Part shown: positions 38,277 to 47,844 of the stretch, piece by piece | Position numbering within the stretch: position 1 is the stretch's first letter | Layout of the letters: each line of letters begins with the position of its first letter | Assembly: GCA_964636295.1 (NCBI GenBank) | Contig: CAZWQY010000005.1 | Location: 47,496-111,495 of the forward strand | DNA length: 64,000 nt | Direction of reading: 5' to 3' | Origin: an uncultured Lentisphaeraceae bacterium | Lineage (GTDB): Bacteria > Verrucomicrobiota > Kiritimatiellia > RFP12 > UBA1067 | Notes under the pieces: model-generated | Database searches by the model: none | What the model was told of the DNA's origin: nothing | Seen by the model: only the letters and a program-made list of their open reading frames with translations | Made by a program: the position numbers and the translations under genes

Positions 38277-38355
38277 GCACCTGTGGTGGAATGGCAGACA
38301 CGGTGGATTTAGGTTCCACTGCGCAAGCGTGGGGGTTCGAGTCCCTCCAGGTGCA
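38277..38355 (+). tRNA. tRNA-Leu (anticodon TAG), CCA not encoded
   Basis: Acceptor stem GCACCTG/CAGGTGC, D-loop TGGAATGGCAGAC, anticodon arm GTGGA-TTTAGGT-TCCAC, long variable arm, GGTTCGAGTCC. Confidence 0.95.
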
Positions 38356-38411
38356 CCCGCCAGACGAGAGCTCTGCATCGACGGTATCTGATTTGCTATA
38401 ATGCCCACGAT

Positions 38412-39866
38412 ATGAACGCGAATCTAATACGCTTGGTAGATGAATTGCGGAAGCAGTTGCGCGAGACGTCGTGGATTGAGTTTAAGCATGAGAATTACAG
38501 GCCCGACATGATTGGTGAGGATATCAGCGCGCTTGCGAACGCGGCGGCATATGTCGGGCGGTCATGCGCGTACATGGTTTGGGGGATTCATGATGAGACG
38601 CATGAGGTCTGTGGCACGAAAGAGGATTTTCGATTATTGCGTGTTGGGAATGAGGAACTTGAAAATTGGCTTCGGCATAATCTCTCTGATAACGCCGACT
38701 TTGATTTTGCGTGTGTTGACTATACGTCAGATGTGCGCGTAAATGTATTGAAGATTCGGCCCGCAATGAGTTTTCCAGTTGCCTTTAAGAAGGAGTCCTT
38801 TATTCGTGTCGGGAATTACACGAAGAAGTTGCGCGATTATAGGGAAGTTGAGGCACGGCTATGGGACAGATTGCGTGATGCCAATTTTGAGAATCAGCAG
38901 GCCTTGTCCGATTTGACATTGCAGGAGGCCCTTGGCAAACTCGACCTTGATGTCTATTTTGAGAAGACAAAAACGCCAATGCCGTCAACAATAGAGGAAC
39001 TGGGGCGGCTCATGTGCGCCGAAAAGATTCTGTATCGACAGGACGACGGTCTTTATGCGATCACGAACCTGGGCGGTACGCTGTTTGCTCGGGCTATTTC
39101 CGAGTTTCCGCGAATCGCGCGCAAGGCCGTTCGCGTTATCCAGTACAAGGGTGAGAATCGCATGCACATGATGCGTGAGTATACTGGAACGAAAGGGTAT
39201 GCTGTTGGGCTAGATGGCTTGATTAACTATTTGCAGGCGATGACGCCTGCGGATGCCTCGATTGTCGGCGCCTTTAGAGATGCCAAGTACGCCTATCCGG
39301 AGGTTGCCCTACGCGAACTTGTTGCCAACGCACTTATCCATCAGGACTTTTCGATTAGGGGTTCAGGCCCCCTCATAGAAGTGTTTTCCAATCGGGTGGA
39401 AATCACCAATCCAGGTGAGTGCAAGATTGAACTAGACCGTATCATCGACAGTCCGCCTTGGTCGCGCAACGAGGATCTTGCGGCCTTGATGCGACGAATG
39501 CGGATGTGCGAAGAGGCGGGTGGCGGCTGGGACAAGGCCATCCTTTCGTGTGAAGAGCAGTTCTTGCCGGCGCCTCGGATCGAGAACTACAAAACGGCGA
39601 CCAAGGTGTCGTTGCATGTGGCCGAGTGTTTTGCGGACATGACTCTCGAAGACCGGCTTTGGGCGTGCTACACGCATGCGTGCATTCTTTTCCTTGACAG
39701 AAAACATCTGACGAGTTCGTCCGTCAAGAAGCGATTCGGGTCAGCAACCATTGCCGCATCAACGGTTTCCAAGTTGCTGAAGAAAGCGGTTGAGCGAGGC
39801 TACATTCGGGTTTTTGACCCGGATGTCGGAGATCGCGCCGTCAGTTATGTGCCGTATTGGGCGTGA
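38412..39866 (+). CDS. AlbA_2/Schlafen-like N-domain + HATPase_c_4 (RecG C-terminal-like) + winged-helix protein
   Basis: ETSWIEFKHEN, ISALANAA, YMVWGIHDE, ALRELVANALIHQDF, RVEITNPG, RNEDLAALMRRMRMCEEAGGG. Visibly lower GC than the flanks. Confidence 0.8.
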   Translation: MNANLIRLVDELRKQLRETSWIEFKHENYRPDMIGEDISALANAAAYVGRSCAYMVWGIHDETHEVCGTKEDFRLLRVGNEELENWLRHNLSDNADFDFACVDYTSDVRVNVLKIRPAMSFPVAFKKESFIRVGNYTKKLRDYREVEARLWDRLRDANFENQQALSDLTLQEALGKLDLDVYFEKTKTPMPSTIEELGRLMCAEKILYRQDDGLYAITNLGGTLFARAISEFPRIARKAVRVIQYKGENRMHMMREYTGTKGYAVGLDGLINYLQAMTPADASIVGAFRDAKYAYPEVALRELVANALIHQDFSIRGSGPLIEVFSNRVEITNPGECKIELDRIIDSPPWSRNEDLAALMRRMRMCEEAGGGWDKAILSCEEQFLPAPRIENYKTATKVSLHVAECFADMTLEDRLWACYTHACILFLDRKHLTSSSVKKRFGSATIAASTVSKLLKKAVERGYIRVFDPDVGDRAVSYVPYWA

Positions 39867-40073
39867 GATTGCTTTCCTTTGCTTGCCATTTGTGGCATCG
39901 TTAGCGTCGAATGTTGCGCAAAATCAGATTTATTCGCCTTTTGGGTTTGATTTAGGCGACGGATTTGCTTTCCATTGCTTTCCCGCCAACGCATTCTCCC
40001 CCTTTATCTCCAGTTTCCACAGGAACGACAGTTTTTGGTATAATTCGGCTAGTTTGATCAAGAGGAGAGATTC

Positions 40074-43000
40074 ATGAAGCGACAGGCCATTTTCATGGCG
40101 CTGCTTGCGCTTGCTTTTCAGGCGCAGGCCGTCCCTGTTTCGGTCAGTGAGGCCGCGCGCGCGGCACGCGCGTGGGTGTCCCGTGGCGGAACGCTGGGCG
40201 CGCGCCTGGGCGACGTCGTGGCGCGTGCGACGACGCAGACGCTGCCCGGCGGCGCGCAAGTCCACGCCGTCCAGATGCGCGGCGGCGGCGCGGTCTTCCT
40301 GTCGGCGGATACAGATTTCAAGCCCGTCATCGCGTTTACGTCCGATGAGGCGGACTATTCGCAGATTGATCCGAAGAGTCCGCTTTGGGCGCTTCTCTGC
40401 CGCGACGCCGTGGCGCGTGGCGCGACGGCGAAACAGGCGGCGACAGCGTCCGCATCGGGTTTCGCGGCTGCGACGGCCGCCGACTCGTCCGCGTCGCGTC
40501 AATGGGCGGCCCTGCTTGCCGAGGGCGCGGCGCTCGACGACCCGACCGTCCGTCAGCCCGCCCGTGCGCACGTCACCACGCCCGGCGACCTGCGCGCGGG
40601 TCCGTTCGTGCGGACGGCGTGGAATCAGGGCGCCGTCGGCGGCAAGGATTGCTACAACCGGTTCACGCCGATTCTTTCGGACGGCACGCGCGCCGTCTGC
40701 GGATGCGTCGCGACGGCGATGGCGCAGGTCATGCGCTACCACGAATACCCGACGGCCGCGCGCGCGCCCGTGACGCGCCGTTGCTTCGTCGAGGCCGTGA
40801 CGCGCGGCAAGACGGCGGGCGTGACGAACCTGACGACGCAGGCGGGCGTCTACGACTGGGCGAACATGCCGCTCAAGCCGAATGCCGCCGTCACGGACGC
40901 GCAGTGCGACGCAATCGGCAAGCTGACGTCCGACGCCGGCATTTCCGTTTACATGGGCTATGACCGTGTCACGAATGGCGGCAGCGGCGCGTTCCTGTTC
41001 AATGTCGCGAAGGCCCTCATGGACGTCTTCGGCTACGCGAACGCGGCATACTACACGGCGGACGAGGTGTCCGCGAATGTCGGCATCCTGCGGCGGGCGA
41101 TGCTCTCGAACTTCGACGCGGGCTGTCCGGTGCTGATGGGCATCAGCGGCGACGGCGGGCACGCGATCATCGGCGATGGCTACGGCTACAACAGCGGCGC
41201 GGTCTATGTCCACCTCAACATGGGCTGGTCGGGGGCGTGTGACCTCTGGTACAATCTGCCGGACATCGATTCGGACTATGGCCACTACACTGTCTTTAGC
41301 GATCTCGTCTTCAATGTCTTTCCGACGGATGCGGATCGGGATGCGACGCTGTCCGGGCGCGTGACGGACGTGGCGACGAATGCCGTCGCGGACGCAGTCG
41401 TCCAGATTCGTGCGGCGGCGGGCGGCGCGGAGGTCGCGCACATGACGACGGACGCGAACGGCATGTGGGGCGTGCGTCTGCCGGCTGGGACGTATGAGGT
41501 CGCTGTCACGGCGTCGGGCTTCCCGGTCGAGACGCGGACAGTGACTGTCGCGGCGACGCGCGCGACGACGAAGAGCCTGTCCGGCTGGATCGTCAACGAC
41601 TCTTGGTACGAGACGTACACGAACGTGCCGCAGGTCAGTTCGGTCGGCAATGCCTGGGGCGCGGACGTGCAGCTGGTCGCGCCGCGCGCGCGCATTGTCC
41701 AGGGTTCGGTCACGAACGTCTACGCGACGCTGGATCAGGCGGTTCTGGGGGCGAGGGGCTGTGCGGCTCAGCCAGGCGTCTCCAGCGTGACGATCGAACT
41801 CTTGGATGCGATTGACTTGAATGCGGTGGCCGTCATCGATTTCCCCTGCGTGCTCACGGCGGGCGATGCGGACGCGGCGACGCGGCCGATTCGGCGGAAC
41901 GGCGACGCCGATCTGGGCGTGCTGGATACGCTCACGCTCTCCAATGTGACGTTTGCGGCGAAGAACGCGACCGCTGTGCGCGTCAACCCCGACGCGCGGC
42001 TTATTGTCGCGTCCGACGTTGATTTCGGCGTGCCCTCGTCAACGTCCGCCGTCTCCGTCGCGGATGTGAACGGCTTTGTTCTGGCGGGCGAGTTGTCGCA
42101 CGGGTTCAATCTGAGCAGCGCGGCGGCATCGTCCGTCGGCGCGGTCTTCGGAACGGCCCTGTGCGATTTCCTCACGGCCTCGAACAGCGCGGCGCTGATT
42201 GCCAACGCCCACGACACGCGCGGCGAGACGCGCGGCGTGGCCGTCGAGCGGGACGGCGAAATTCTTCTGACGTGGGACGTGATGCCCGTGCCGTTCAGCG
42301 AGGCGGCGGCCTATTTCGTGGATGCGTCCGGCGCGACGAATACGGCGGCGCGACTGGAGTCTGCCCTTGAGAGGTACAGAACGTCGTATGCGGCGGGCGA
42401 GATTGGCGCGGCGGGCGAGATCGTCGTGCGCGACGTCGCGGGACAGACGCTGATCGTCCGGCATGGAATCCCTGGGAATTTGACGTTGCGCGGCGAGAGG
42501 GCCGGGGTGCGGATTGACAGGTTCTTCGAGTCCGCCGGCTTCGACATTGGCGCGGGCGCGTCGCTGACGGTGAAGGATCTCGTGTTCGATGGCTATGTGG
42601 GCAAGTCTCTGTTTGAGGTCAAGGGCGGCGCGCTGGCGCTGAAGGGCGGCACGGAACTGCGCAACATTTCGGGGACGGCGACGCAGTCGGGCGCGTTGAC
42701 GGTTCTTTCCGGCACGGCGACGATCGGCTCGCCAGACGGCGAGGTCGTCTTTGCCGGGTGCACCAACGATACGGCAAATTCGTGTGGCGGCGCCATTCAC
42801 CTGGCGGGCAACGGCTGCGAACTCGTCCTGCAGAATCACGTGTGCATCACGAACAGCCATGCGCGGAAGAGGGGCGGTGGCGTGTACGTGGGCGCGGGCG
42901 CGAACGTGCGCCTGTCGGGCCATCTGACGATTCAAGATAATGTGCTGAAGCAGCAGCAGAACAAGACGTCCATGGACAACCTCTACTTCGCGTCGACCGC

Positions 43001-44909
43001 AGATCGGTTCGTCCTCGCCGGGCCGCTGGAGGCGGGCAGCTCGGTCGGCCTTTGGTGTGCGTCGTCGCTGGGAGATGTCGGGCGCGCGTTTCTGACGGTC
43101 GATGCGAACGTCCGCGACCACGCGCAGATTTTGCGGTCGTGCGCCGCGCTTGTGTCTGACAAGAACGCGGCATTGACGGCCGCGCCGAATGCGGACGATT
43201 CGGCGATTGTCTGGGAAGAGGACGACGGCAGCATCCGTCCGGTCGATCCGTCGGTTGCCGTGGCGCGCGTCACGTCGAATGGCTCGTCCGCCTACTACGG
43301 TTTGCTGGAAGACGCCTTTGGCGTGCTGACGGGCGATGCGACGGTCGAGATTCTTCAGGACGTCGATTTCGTGAACGACATCCGCGTGACGAACGTCGTC
43401 ACGTTCGCGGGTGGACAGCACATCGTGTCGCGCAGCGGATTGGCGCGGTTCGTCGTGTCGGCAGGAGGTGCGCTGACGCTCGACGACGTGACGGTCATGG
43501 GCGGTGCAGGCCCGGCTTTTGAGGTGTCGACGGATGGTGCGCTGACGCTGGCGGCCGGCGCGTGCATTCGTGACATCGCGAGCGGCGCGACGCGCGTCGG
43601 CGGCGCAATCACGGTCGACGGCGGCGAACTGACGATGTTGCCGGGTTCGGCAATCCGCAATTGTCGGAGCACGAGCGACAACTATGCCTGCGGCGGCGCG
43701 GTGGCAGCGGACAGTCAAAGCCGCCTTCGCCTGCTGGGCGGCGAGATTGCGGACTGCGTGTCCAACTATGGCAACATTTACATCGGCAACGGGTCGACGG
43801 CCGAAATCGGCGGCGATTTCACGGCGACGAATAACGTGTCGGAGACGGGCGCGCCGAAGAACCTGTATGTCGCGGCCAACTGCCGGCTTGTGCTCGTCCT
43901 GCCGCTGACGGGGCATGTCGGCTACACGCCGGGCGGGACGATGCAGTCGGCGAAAGTCTTTGGTTCGGTCGCGGCGGACTTCGTCGGCACGACGGCGCAG
44001 GTCGCCGACTCGGCGCATGGCTTCACGCATGACGTGACGGGCGACGTTGGCTTGGCCGTCATGGGAAGCGACGCGCGGCTGCTCGTCTGGAGCGATGCGC
44101 TTCAGGCGGACGGAAAGGTGACGGTCGATGATGCCGACTATGAACTGGTTCCGGGCGGCGCGACGCTTACGGCCGCCGTCGTGCTTGCGGAGTCCAATTT
44201 GTCGTTCGTCTATGACGGGACGCCGAAGACCTGCGCCCTGGCGGGGCATGGCTTTGTCGTGGACTGCACGCCGCAGACTCGGGCGGGGTCTTATGTGGCG
44301 ACGGCGCGCGTGAAAGCGGGCTTCACCTGGGCGGACGGAACGACGACGCCCCAGACGTATGCGTGGGCGATTGCGAAAGCCGTCTATGACATGAGCGGCG
44401 TCACGTTCTCGGACAAGACGGTCACGTACAATGGCCAGTCGTGGTCGCTGGCGATTGCGGGCGCGTTGCCGGTTGGCGTGACGGTGTCGTATGTGGGCAA
44501 CGAGCAGACGGATCCGGGCGTCTACACGGTGACGGCGCACTTCACGGGCGATGCCGTGAACTACGAGCCGATTCCCGACCGGACGGCGACGCTGACGATT
44601 CTTGAGGAGAGCGAGACCCCCGATCCGCCGTCGCCAAGCGTGACGACGAATGTCCCGACGCCGATCGCGTTCCAGTTGATTGCGCGCGTGTCCGAGACGG
44701 AGTGGACGCTCACGGTCACGAATCGCGTGCCGTGGTGCTGGTATCGTCTCCTCGCGACGGACGACCTGACGAGGGGCTTCGTCACGACGGGCGCGTGGGA
44801 GCGGGCCACGACCGAGGGCGCGTGGACGACGAACATCACGACGACCAGCGGCGCGCGCTTCTGGAAAGCCGAGGCCAAGGAAGGCGTGGTCGGAGAAATA
44901 ATCGAATAA
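40074..44909 (+). CDS. Large exported C10-family (streptopain-like) cysteine protease with beta-rich repeats
   Basis: Signal peptide and propeptide-like region. GCVATAMAQVMRYH (Cys), GGHAIIGDGY (His), HLNMGW (Asn). Then GGAI-type repeats, MBG-like segments and a Pro/Thr linker. Confidence 0.85.
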   Translation: MKRQAIFMALLALAFQAQAVPVSVSEAARAARAWVSRGGTLGARLGDVVARATTQTLPGGAQVHAVQMRGGGAVFLSADTDFKPVIAFTSDEADYSQIDPKSPLWALLCRDAVARGATAKQAATASASGFAAATAADSSASRQWAALLAEGAALDDPTVRQPARAHVTTPGDLRAGPFVRTAWNQGAVGGKDCYNRFTPILSDGTRAVCGCVATAMAQVMRYHEYPTAARAPVTRRCFVEAVTRGKTAGVTNLTTQAGVYDWANMPLKPNAAVTDAQCDAIGKLTSDAGISVYMGYDRVTNGGSGAFLFNVAKALMDVFGYANAAYYTADEVSANVGILRRAMLSNFDAGCPVLMGISGDGGHAIIGDGYGYNSGAVYVHLNMGWSGACDLWYNLPDIDSDYGHYTVFSDLVFNVFPTDADRDATLSGRVTDVATNAVADAVVQIRAAAGGAEVAHMTTDANGMWGVRLPAGTYEVAVTASGFPVETRTVTVAATRATTKSLSGWIVNDSWYETYTNVPQVSSVGNAWGADVQLVAPRARIVQGSVTNVYATLDQAVLGARGCAAQPGVSSVTIELLDAIDLNAVAVIDFPCVLTAGDADAATRPIRRNGDADLGVLDTLTLSNVTFAAKNATAVRVNPDARLIVASDVDFGVPSSTSAVSVADVNGFVLAGELSHGFNLSSAAASSVGAVFGTALCDFLTASNSAALIANAHDTRGETRGVAVERDGEILLTWDVMPVPFSEAAAYFVDASGATNTAARLESALERYRTSYAAGEIGAAGEIVVRDVAGQTLIVRHGIPGNLTLRGERAGVRIDRFFESAGFDIGAGASLTVKDLVFDGYVGKSLFEVKGGALALKGGTELRNISGTATQSGALTVLSGTATIGSPDGEVVFAGCTNDTANSCGGAIHLAGNGCELVLQNHVCITNSHARKRGGGVYVGAGANVRLSGHLTIQDNVLKQQQNKTSMDNLYFASTADRFVLAGPLEAGSSVGLWCASSLGDVGRAFLTVDANVRDHAQILRSCAALVSDKNAALTAAPNADDSAIVWEEDDGSIRPVDPSVAVARVTSNGSSAYYGLLEDAFGVLTGDATVEILQDVDFVNDIRVTNVVTFAGGQHIVSRSGLARFVVSAGGALTLDDVTVMGGAGPAFEVSTDGALTLAAGACIRDIASGATRVGGAITVDGGELTMLPGSAIRNCRSTSDNYACGGAVAADSQSRLRLLGGEIADCVSNYGNIYIGNGSTAEIGGDFTATNNVSETGAPKNLYVAANCRLVLVLPLTGHVGYTPGGTMQSAKVFGSVAADFVGTTAQVADSAHGFTHDVTGDVGLAVMGSDARLLVWSDALQADGKVTVDDADYELVPGGATLTAAVVLAESNLSFVYDGTPKTCALAGHGFVVDCTPQTRAGSYVATARVKAGFTWADGTTTPQTYAWAIAKAVYDMSGVTFSDKTVTYNGQSWSLAIAGALPVGVTVSYVGNEQTDPGVYTVTAHFTGDAVNYEPIPDRTATLTILEESETPDPPSPSVTTNVPTPIAFQLIARVSETEWTLTVTNRVPWCWYRLLATDDLTRGFVTTGAWERATTEGAWTTNITTTSGARFWKAEAKEGVVGEIIE

Positions 44910-44931
44910 TCGAATGGTCGAATGGTCGAAT
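44900..44931 (+). repeat. 4 x 8-bp tandem repeat upstream of recA
   Basis: AATCGAAT AATCGAAT GGTCGAAT GGTCGAAT. Confidence 0.75.
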
Positions 44932-44961
44932 GAGAATTAAATAATTTGAAAGGGTTCTGAC

Positions 44962-45993
44962 ATGGCAGAGAAGAAGGCAGATACGAAGAAGACGACTGGC
45001 AACACCGCGCTGGATGCGGTGATGAGCCAAATTCGCAAGGAGTTCGGCGAGATGTCGATCATGCGTCTCGGCGACCGCGAGATCGAGGAGATTCCCGTCA
45101 TCCCGACAGGCGCGCTCTCGCTCGACCTGGCGCTGGGCGTCGGCGGGCTTCCGCGCGGGCGCATCGTCGAATGCTACGGACAGGAGTCGTCCGGCAAGAC
45201 GACGCTGACGCTGCACGTCGTCGCGAACGCGCAGAAGGCGGGCGGCACGGCGGCGTTCATCGACGCGGAGCACGCGCTCGATCCGACGTACGCGAAGAAG
45301 ATCGGCGTTGACCTCGACAACCTCATCGTCGCCCAGCCGAACTCCGGCGAGGAGGCCCTGACGATTTGCGAGCAGCTTGCGAAGTCGGGCGCGCTCGACG
45401 TGATCGTCGTCGATTCGGTCGCCGCGCTCACGCCGCAGGCGGAGATCGACGGCAACATGGGCGATAGCCACATGGGCCTTCAGGCGCGCCTCATGTCGCA
45501 GGCGATGCGCAAGCTCACGGCCGTTGTCGCGCAGACGAAGACGCTCATCATCTTCACGAACCAGGTGCGCGAGAAGATCGGCGTCATGTTCGGCAACCCC
45601 GAGACGACGCCCGGCGGCAAGGCGCTCAAGTTCTACGCCTCGTGCCGTCTGCAGGTTCAGCGCATCGGCGCGATCAAGAACACGGCGGGGCAGGTCGTCG
45701 GCAACCGCACGCGCGTGAAGGTCGTCAAGAACAAGGTCGCGCCGCCGTTCACCGAGGCCGAGTTCGACATCCTCTACACCTGCGGCATCTCCTACGAGGG
45801 GAGCGTTCTGGACGCGGCGCTTGTGCGGGGCATCGTCGAGAAGCGCGGCAGCTGGCTTTCCTTCGGCGACACGCAGCTCGCGCAGGGTTCGCTCGCGACG
45901 ATCGACTATCTCAAGTCCAACCCGGAGGTCACGCAGAAGATCGTCGAGCTGGTGAAGACGACGCCCGTCAATCCGGCGCTGAAGAAGAAATAA
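44962..45993 (+). CDS. recA: Recombinase RecA
   Basis: [68 protein letters not shown]. Confidence 0.99.
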   Translation: MAEKKADTKKTTGNTALDAVMSQIRKEFGEMSIMRLGDREIEEIPVIPTGALSLDLALGVGGLPRGRIVECYGQESSGKTTLTLHVVANAQKAGGTAAFIDAEHALDPTYAKKIGVDLDNLIVAQPNSGEEALTICEQLAKSGALDVIVVDSVAALTPQAEIDGNMGDSHMGLQARLMSQAMRKLTAVVAQTKTLIIFTNQVREKIGVMFGNPETTPGGKALKFYASCRLQVQRIGAIKNTAGQVVGNRTRVKVVKNKVAPPFTEAEFDILYTCGISYEGSVLDAALVRGIVEKRGSWLSFGDTQLAQGSLATIDYLKSNPEVTQKIVELVKTTPVNPALKKK

Positions 45994-46009
45994 GCGGACG
46001 GGGTCTGAC

Positions 46010-46768
46010 ATGAAGCTTGTCGTCAAAGTCGGAACACACGCCATTGCCGCGCGGAGCGGCCGTCCGGACTATGCGGCCCTGCGTCGTCTCGTGGCGCAGC
46101 TCTGCCGTCTCCGCAAGGCGGGGGACGAGGTCTTCTTCGTCTCGTCCGGCGCCGTCGCCGCCGGGGTCGAGTCCCTGGGCCTGAAGGCGCGCCCCACGGA
46201 CGTCAACGACGTGCAGATGTGCGCGGCGGTCGGCCAGGCGCGGTTCATCGGCGAGTACGAGCGTCTTTTCGGCGAGGCGGGCGTGAAGATCGGACAGGTT
46301 CTCCTCACGCACTACGACTTCGAGGATCGCCGCCGCAGCCAGAACGTGAAGAAGTCGCTTGACCATCTCGTCAAGGCCGGAATCGTGCCGATCATCAACG
46401 AGAACGACGTCGTGGCGGACGAGGAGCTGAAAGGGCAGACCTTTGGCGACAACGACTGGCTGTCGTTCCTCATCGCGAAGCTGATGAAGGCGGACGCGCT
46501 CGTCCTGCTGACGACGGTGGACGGCCTTCTGGACGCGACGGGACGCCGCATCCCGGAGGTGGACAGCTTCCGCAATGTGCGGCGGCTTGTGCACGCGGGC
46601 GAGAAGGGCAAGCTCTCGAAGGGCGGCATGGACTCGAAGCTCAAGGCGGTGAAGGCGGCGGTCGCCGCCGGCATCGACACGTACATCGCGAACGGCCGCA
46701 AGACGGTGCTTCCCGCGCTCTTCGAGGGGCGGACGACCGGCACGTTCTTTCCCGGTTCCGCGCTCTGA
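46010..46768 (+). CDS. proB: Glutamate 5-kinase (short form, no PUA domain)
   Basis: VVKVGT, VSSGAVAAG, AAVGQ, PIINENDVV, FGDND.LS, GGMDSKL. Confidence 0.92.
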   Translation: MKLVVKVGTHAIAARSGRPDYAALRRLVAQLCRLRKAGDEVFFVSSGAVAAGVESLGLKARPTDVNDVQMCAAVGQARFIGEYERLFGEAGVKIGQVLLTHYDFEDRRRSQNVKKSLDHLVKAGIVPIINENDVVADEELKGQTFGDNDWLSFLIAKLMKADALVLLTTVDGLLDATGRRIPEVDSFRNVRRLVHAGEKGKLSKGGMDSKLKAVKAAVAAGIDTYIANGRKTVLPALFEGRTTGTFFPGSAL

Positions 46769-46820
46769 GCGGGCCAGTGCATTTTGGTATAATAGACGGA
46801 AATTTTTTTGAGGAGAAGAC

Positions 46821-47840
46821 ATGACTCTTGCGGATCTCGAGGCGGCGAAGGCTGAGAGCCTGAAGGAAATCGCGGCGGCGGCCGATGCGGCGGCGGTCGA
46901 GGCCCTGCGCGTGAAGTACGTGGGCCGGAACGGCTCCATCCCCGCGCTCATCAAGGCGATGAAGGACGTTCCGAAGGAGGAGCGGCCCGCGTTCGGAAAG
47001 GCCATTCAGGCGTGGAAGGCCGAGGTCGAGGCCGCGTTGCAGAAAGGCGGTGCGGGCGCGGCGAACGAGAAGGCCGTCGCGGCCGACCTCACGCTCCCCG
47101 GCCGCTGGTTCGGCCTCGGCGTCAAGCATCCGCTTTCGCGCGTCATCGAGGAGACGGCGCGCATTTTCGGCCGGCTCGGCTTCACGGTCGCCGACGGCCC
47201 GGAGCTGGAGAACCGCTTCAACAACTTCACGGCGCTCAACACGCCGCCGCACCACCCGTCGCAGGATCGGACGGACACGTTCTGGTTCAACGACGACTGC
47301 CTGCTGCGGACGCAGACCTCGCCCGTGCAGATCCGCACGATGTTGGCGAACAAGCCGCCCGTGCGCGTCATCTGCCCCGGCCGCACGTTCCGCCGCGACA
47401 CGACGGACGCGACGCATTCGGCGAACTTCCACCAGATCGAGGGCCTGTACGTGGACGAGACCGCGACGAAGCCCGTCTCGCTCGCCGACCTCAAGAGCGT
47501 GCTCGCCTACTTCGCGAAGGAGATGATGGGCGACAGCGTGACCGTCCGCTTCCGTCCGCACTTCTTCCCGTTCACCGAGCCGTCCGTCGAGGTCGATTTC
47601 TCCTGCCACGTCTGCAAGGGCAAGGGCTGCAACGTCTGCAAGCAGTCGGGCTGGATCGAGGTCGCCGGCGCGGGCATGGTCGATCCGCGCGTCTTCCAGC
47701 ACGTCGGCTGGGATCCCGAACAGGTTTCGGGCTACGCCTTTGGCTTTGGCGTCGAGCGCATCGCGATGATCAAGTACGGCATCCCCGACATCCGCTGGCT
47801 CTACGAGAATGACGTCCGCTTCCTCGACCAGCTTGGCTGA
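46821..47840 (+). CDS. pheS: Phenylalanine--tRNA ligase alpha subunit
   Basis: DLTLPGR, HPLS, NNFTALN, LLRTQTSPVQ, DATHSANFHQIEG, FFPFTEPS, GFAFGFGVER-type motif. TGGTATAAT upstream. Confidence 0.97.
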   Translation: MTLADLEAAKAESLKEIAAAADAAAVEALRVKYVGRNGSIPALIKAMKDVPKEERPAFGKAIQAWKAEVEAALQKGGAGAANEKAVAADLTLPGRWFGLGVKHPLSRVIEETARIFGRLGFTVADGPELENRFNNFTALNTPPHHPSQDRTDTFWFNDDCLLRTQTSPVQIRTMLANKPPVRVICPGRTFRRDTTDATHSANFHQIEGLYVDETATKPVSLADLKSVLAYFAKEMMGDSVTVRFRPHFFPFTEPSVEVDFSCHVCKGKGCNVCKQSGWIEVAGAGMVDPRVFQHVGWDPEQVSGYAFGFGVERIAMIKYGIPDIRWLYENDVRFLDQLG

Positions 47841-47844
47841 CGCG

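Noticed and set aside
39867-40030. TTGCTTTCC repeated three times in the gap before the protease
   Set aside because: Irregular spacing in a pyrimidine-rich low-complexity stretch, with no function I can support.
38356-40073. Prophage or integrative element at tRNA-Leu
   Set aside because: No integrase, and no duplicated tRNA 3' end was seen. Only one cargo-like gene is present.
46010-46768. ProB lacking the PUA domain
   Set aside because: Short glutamate 5-kinases are a known, widespread form.
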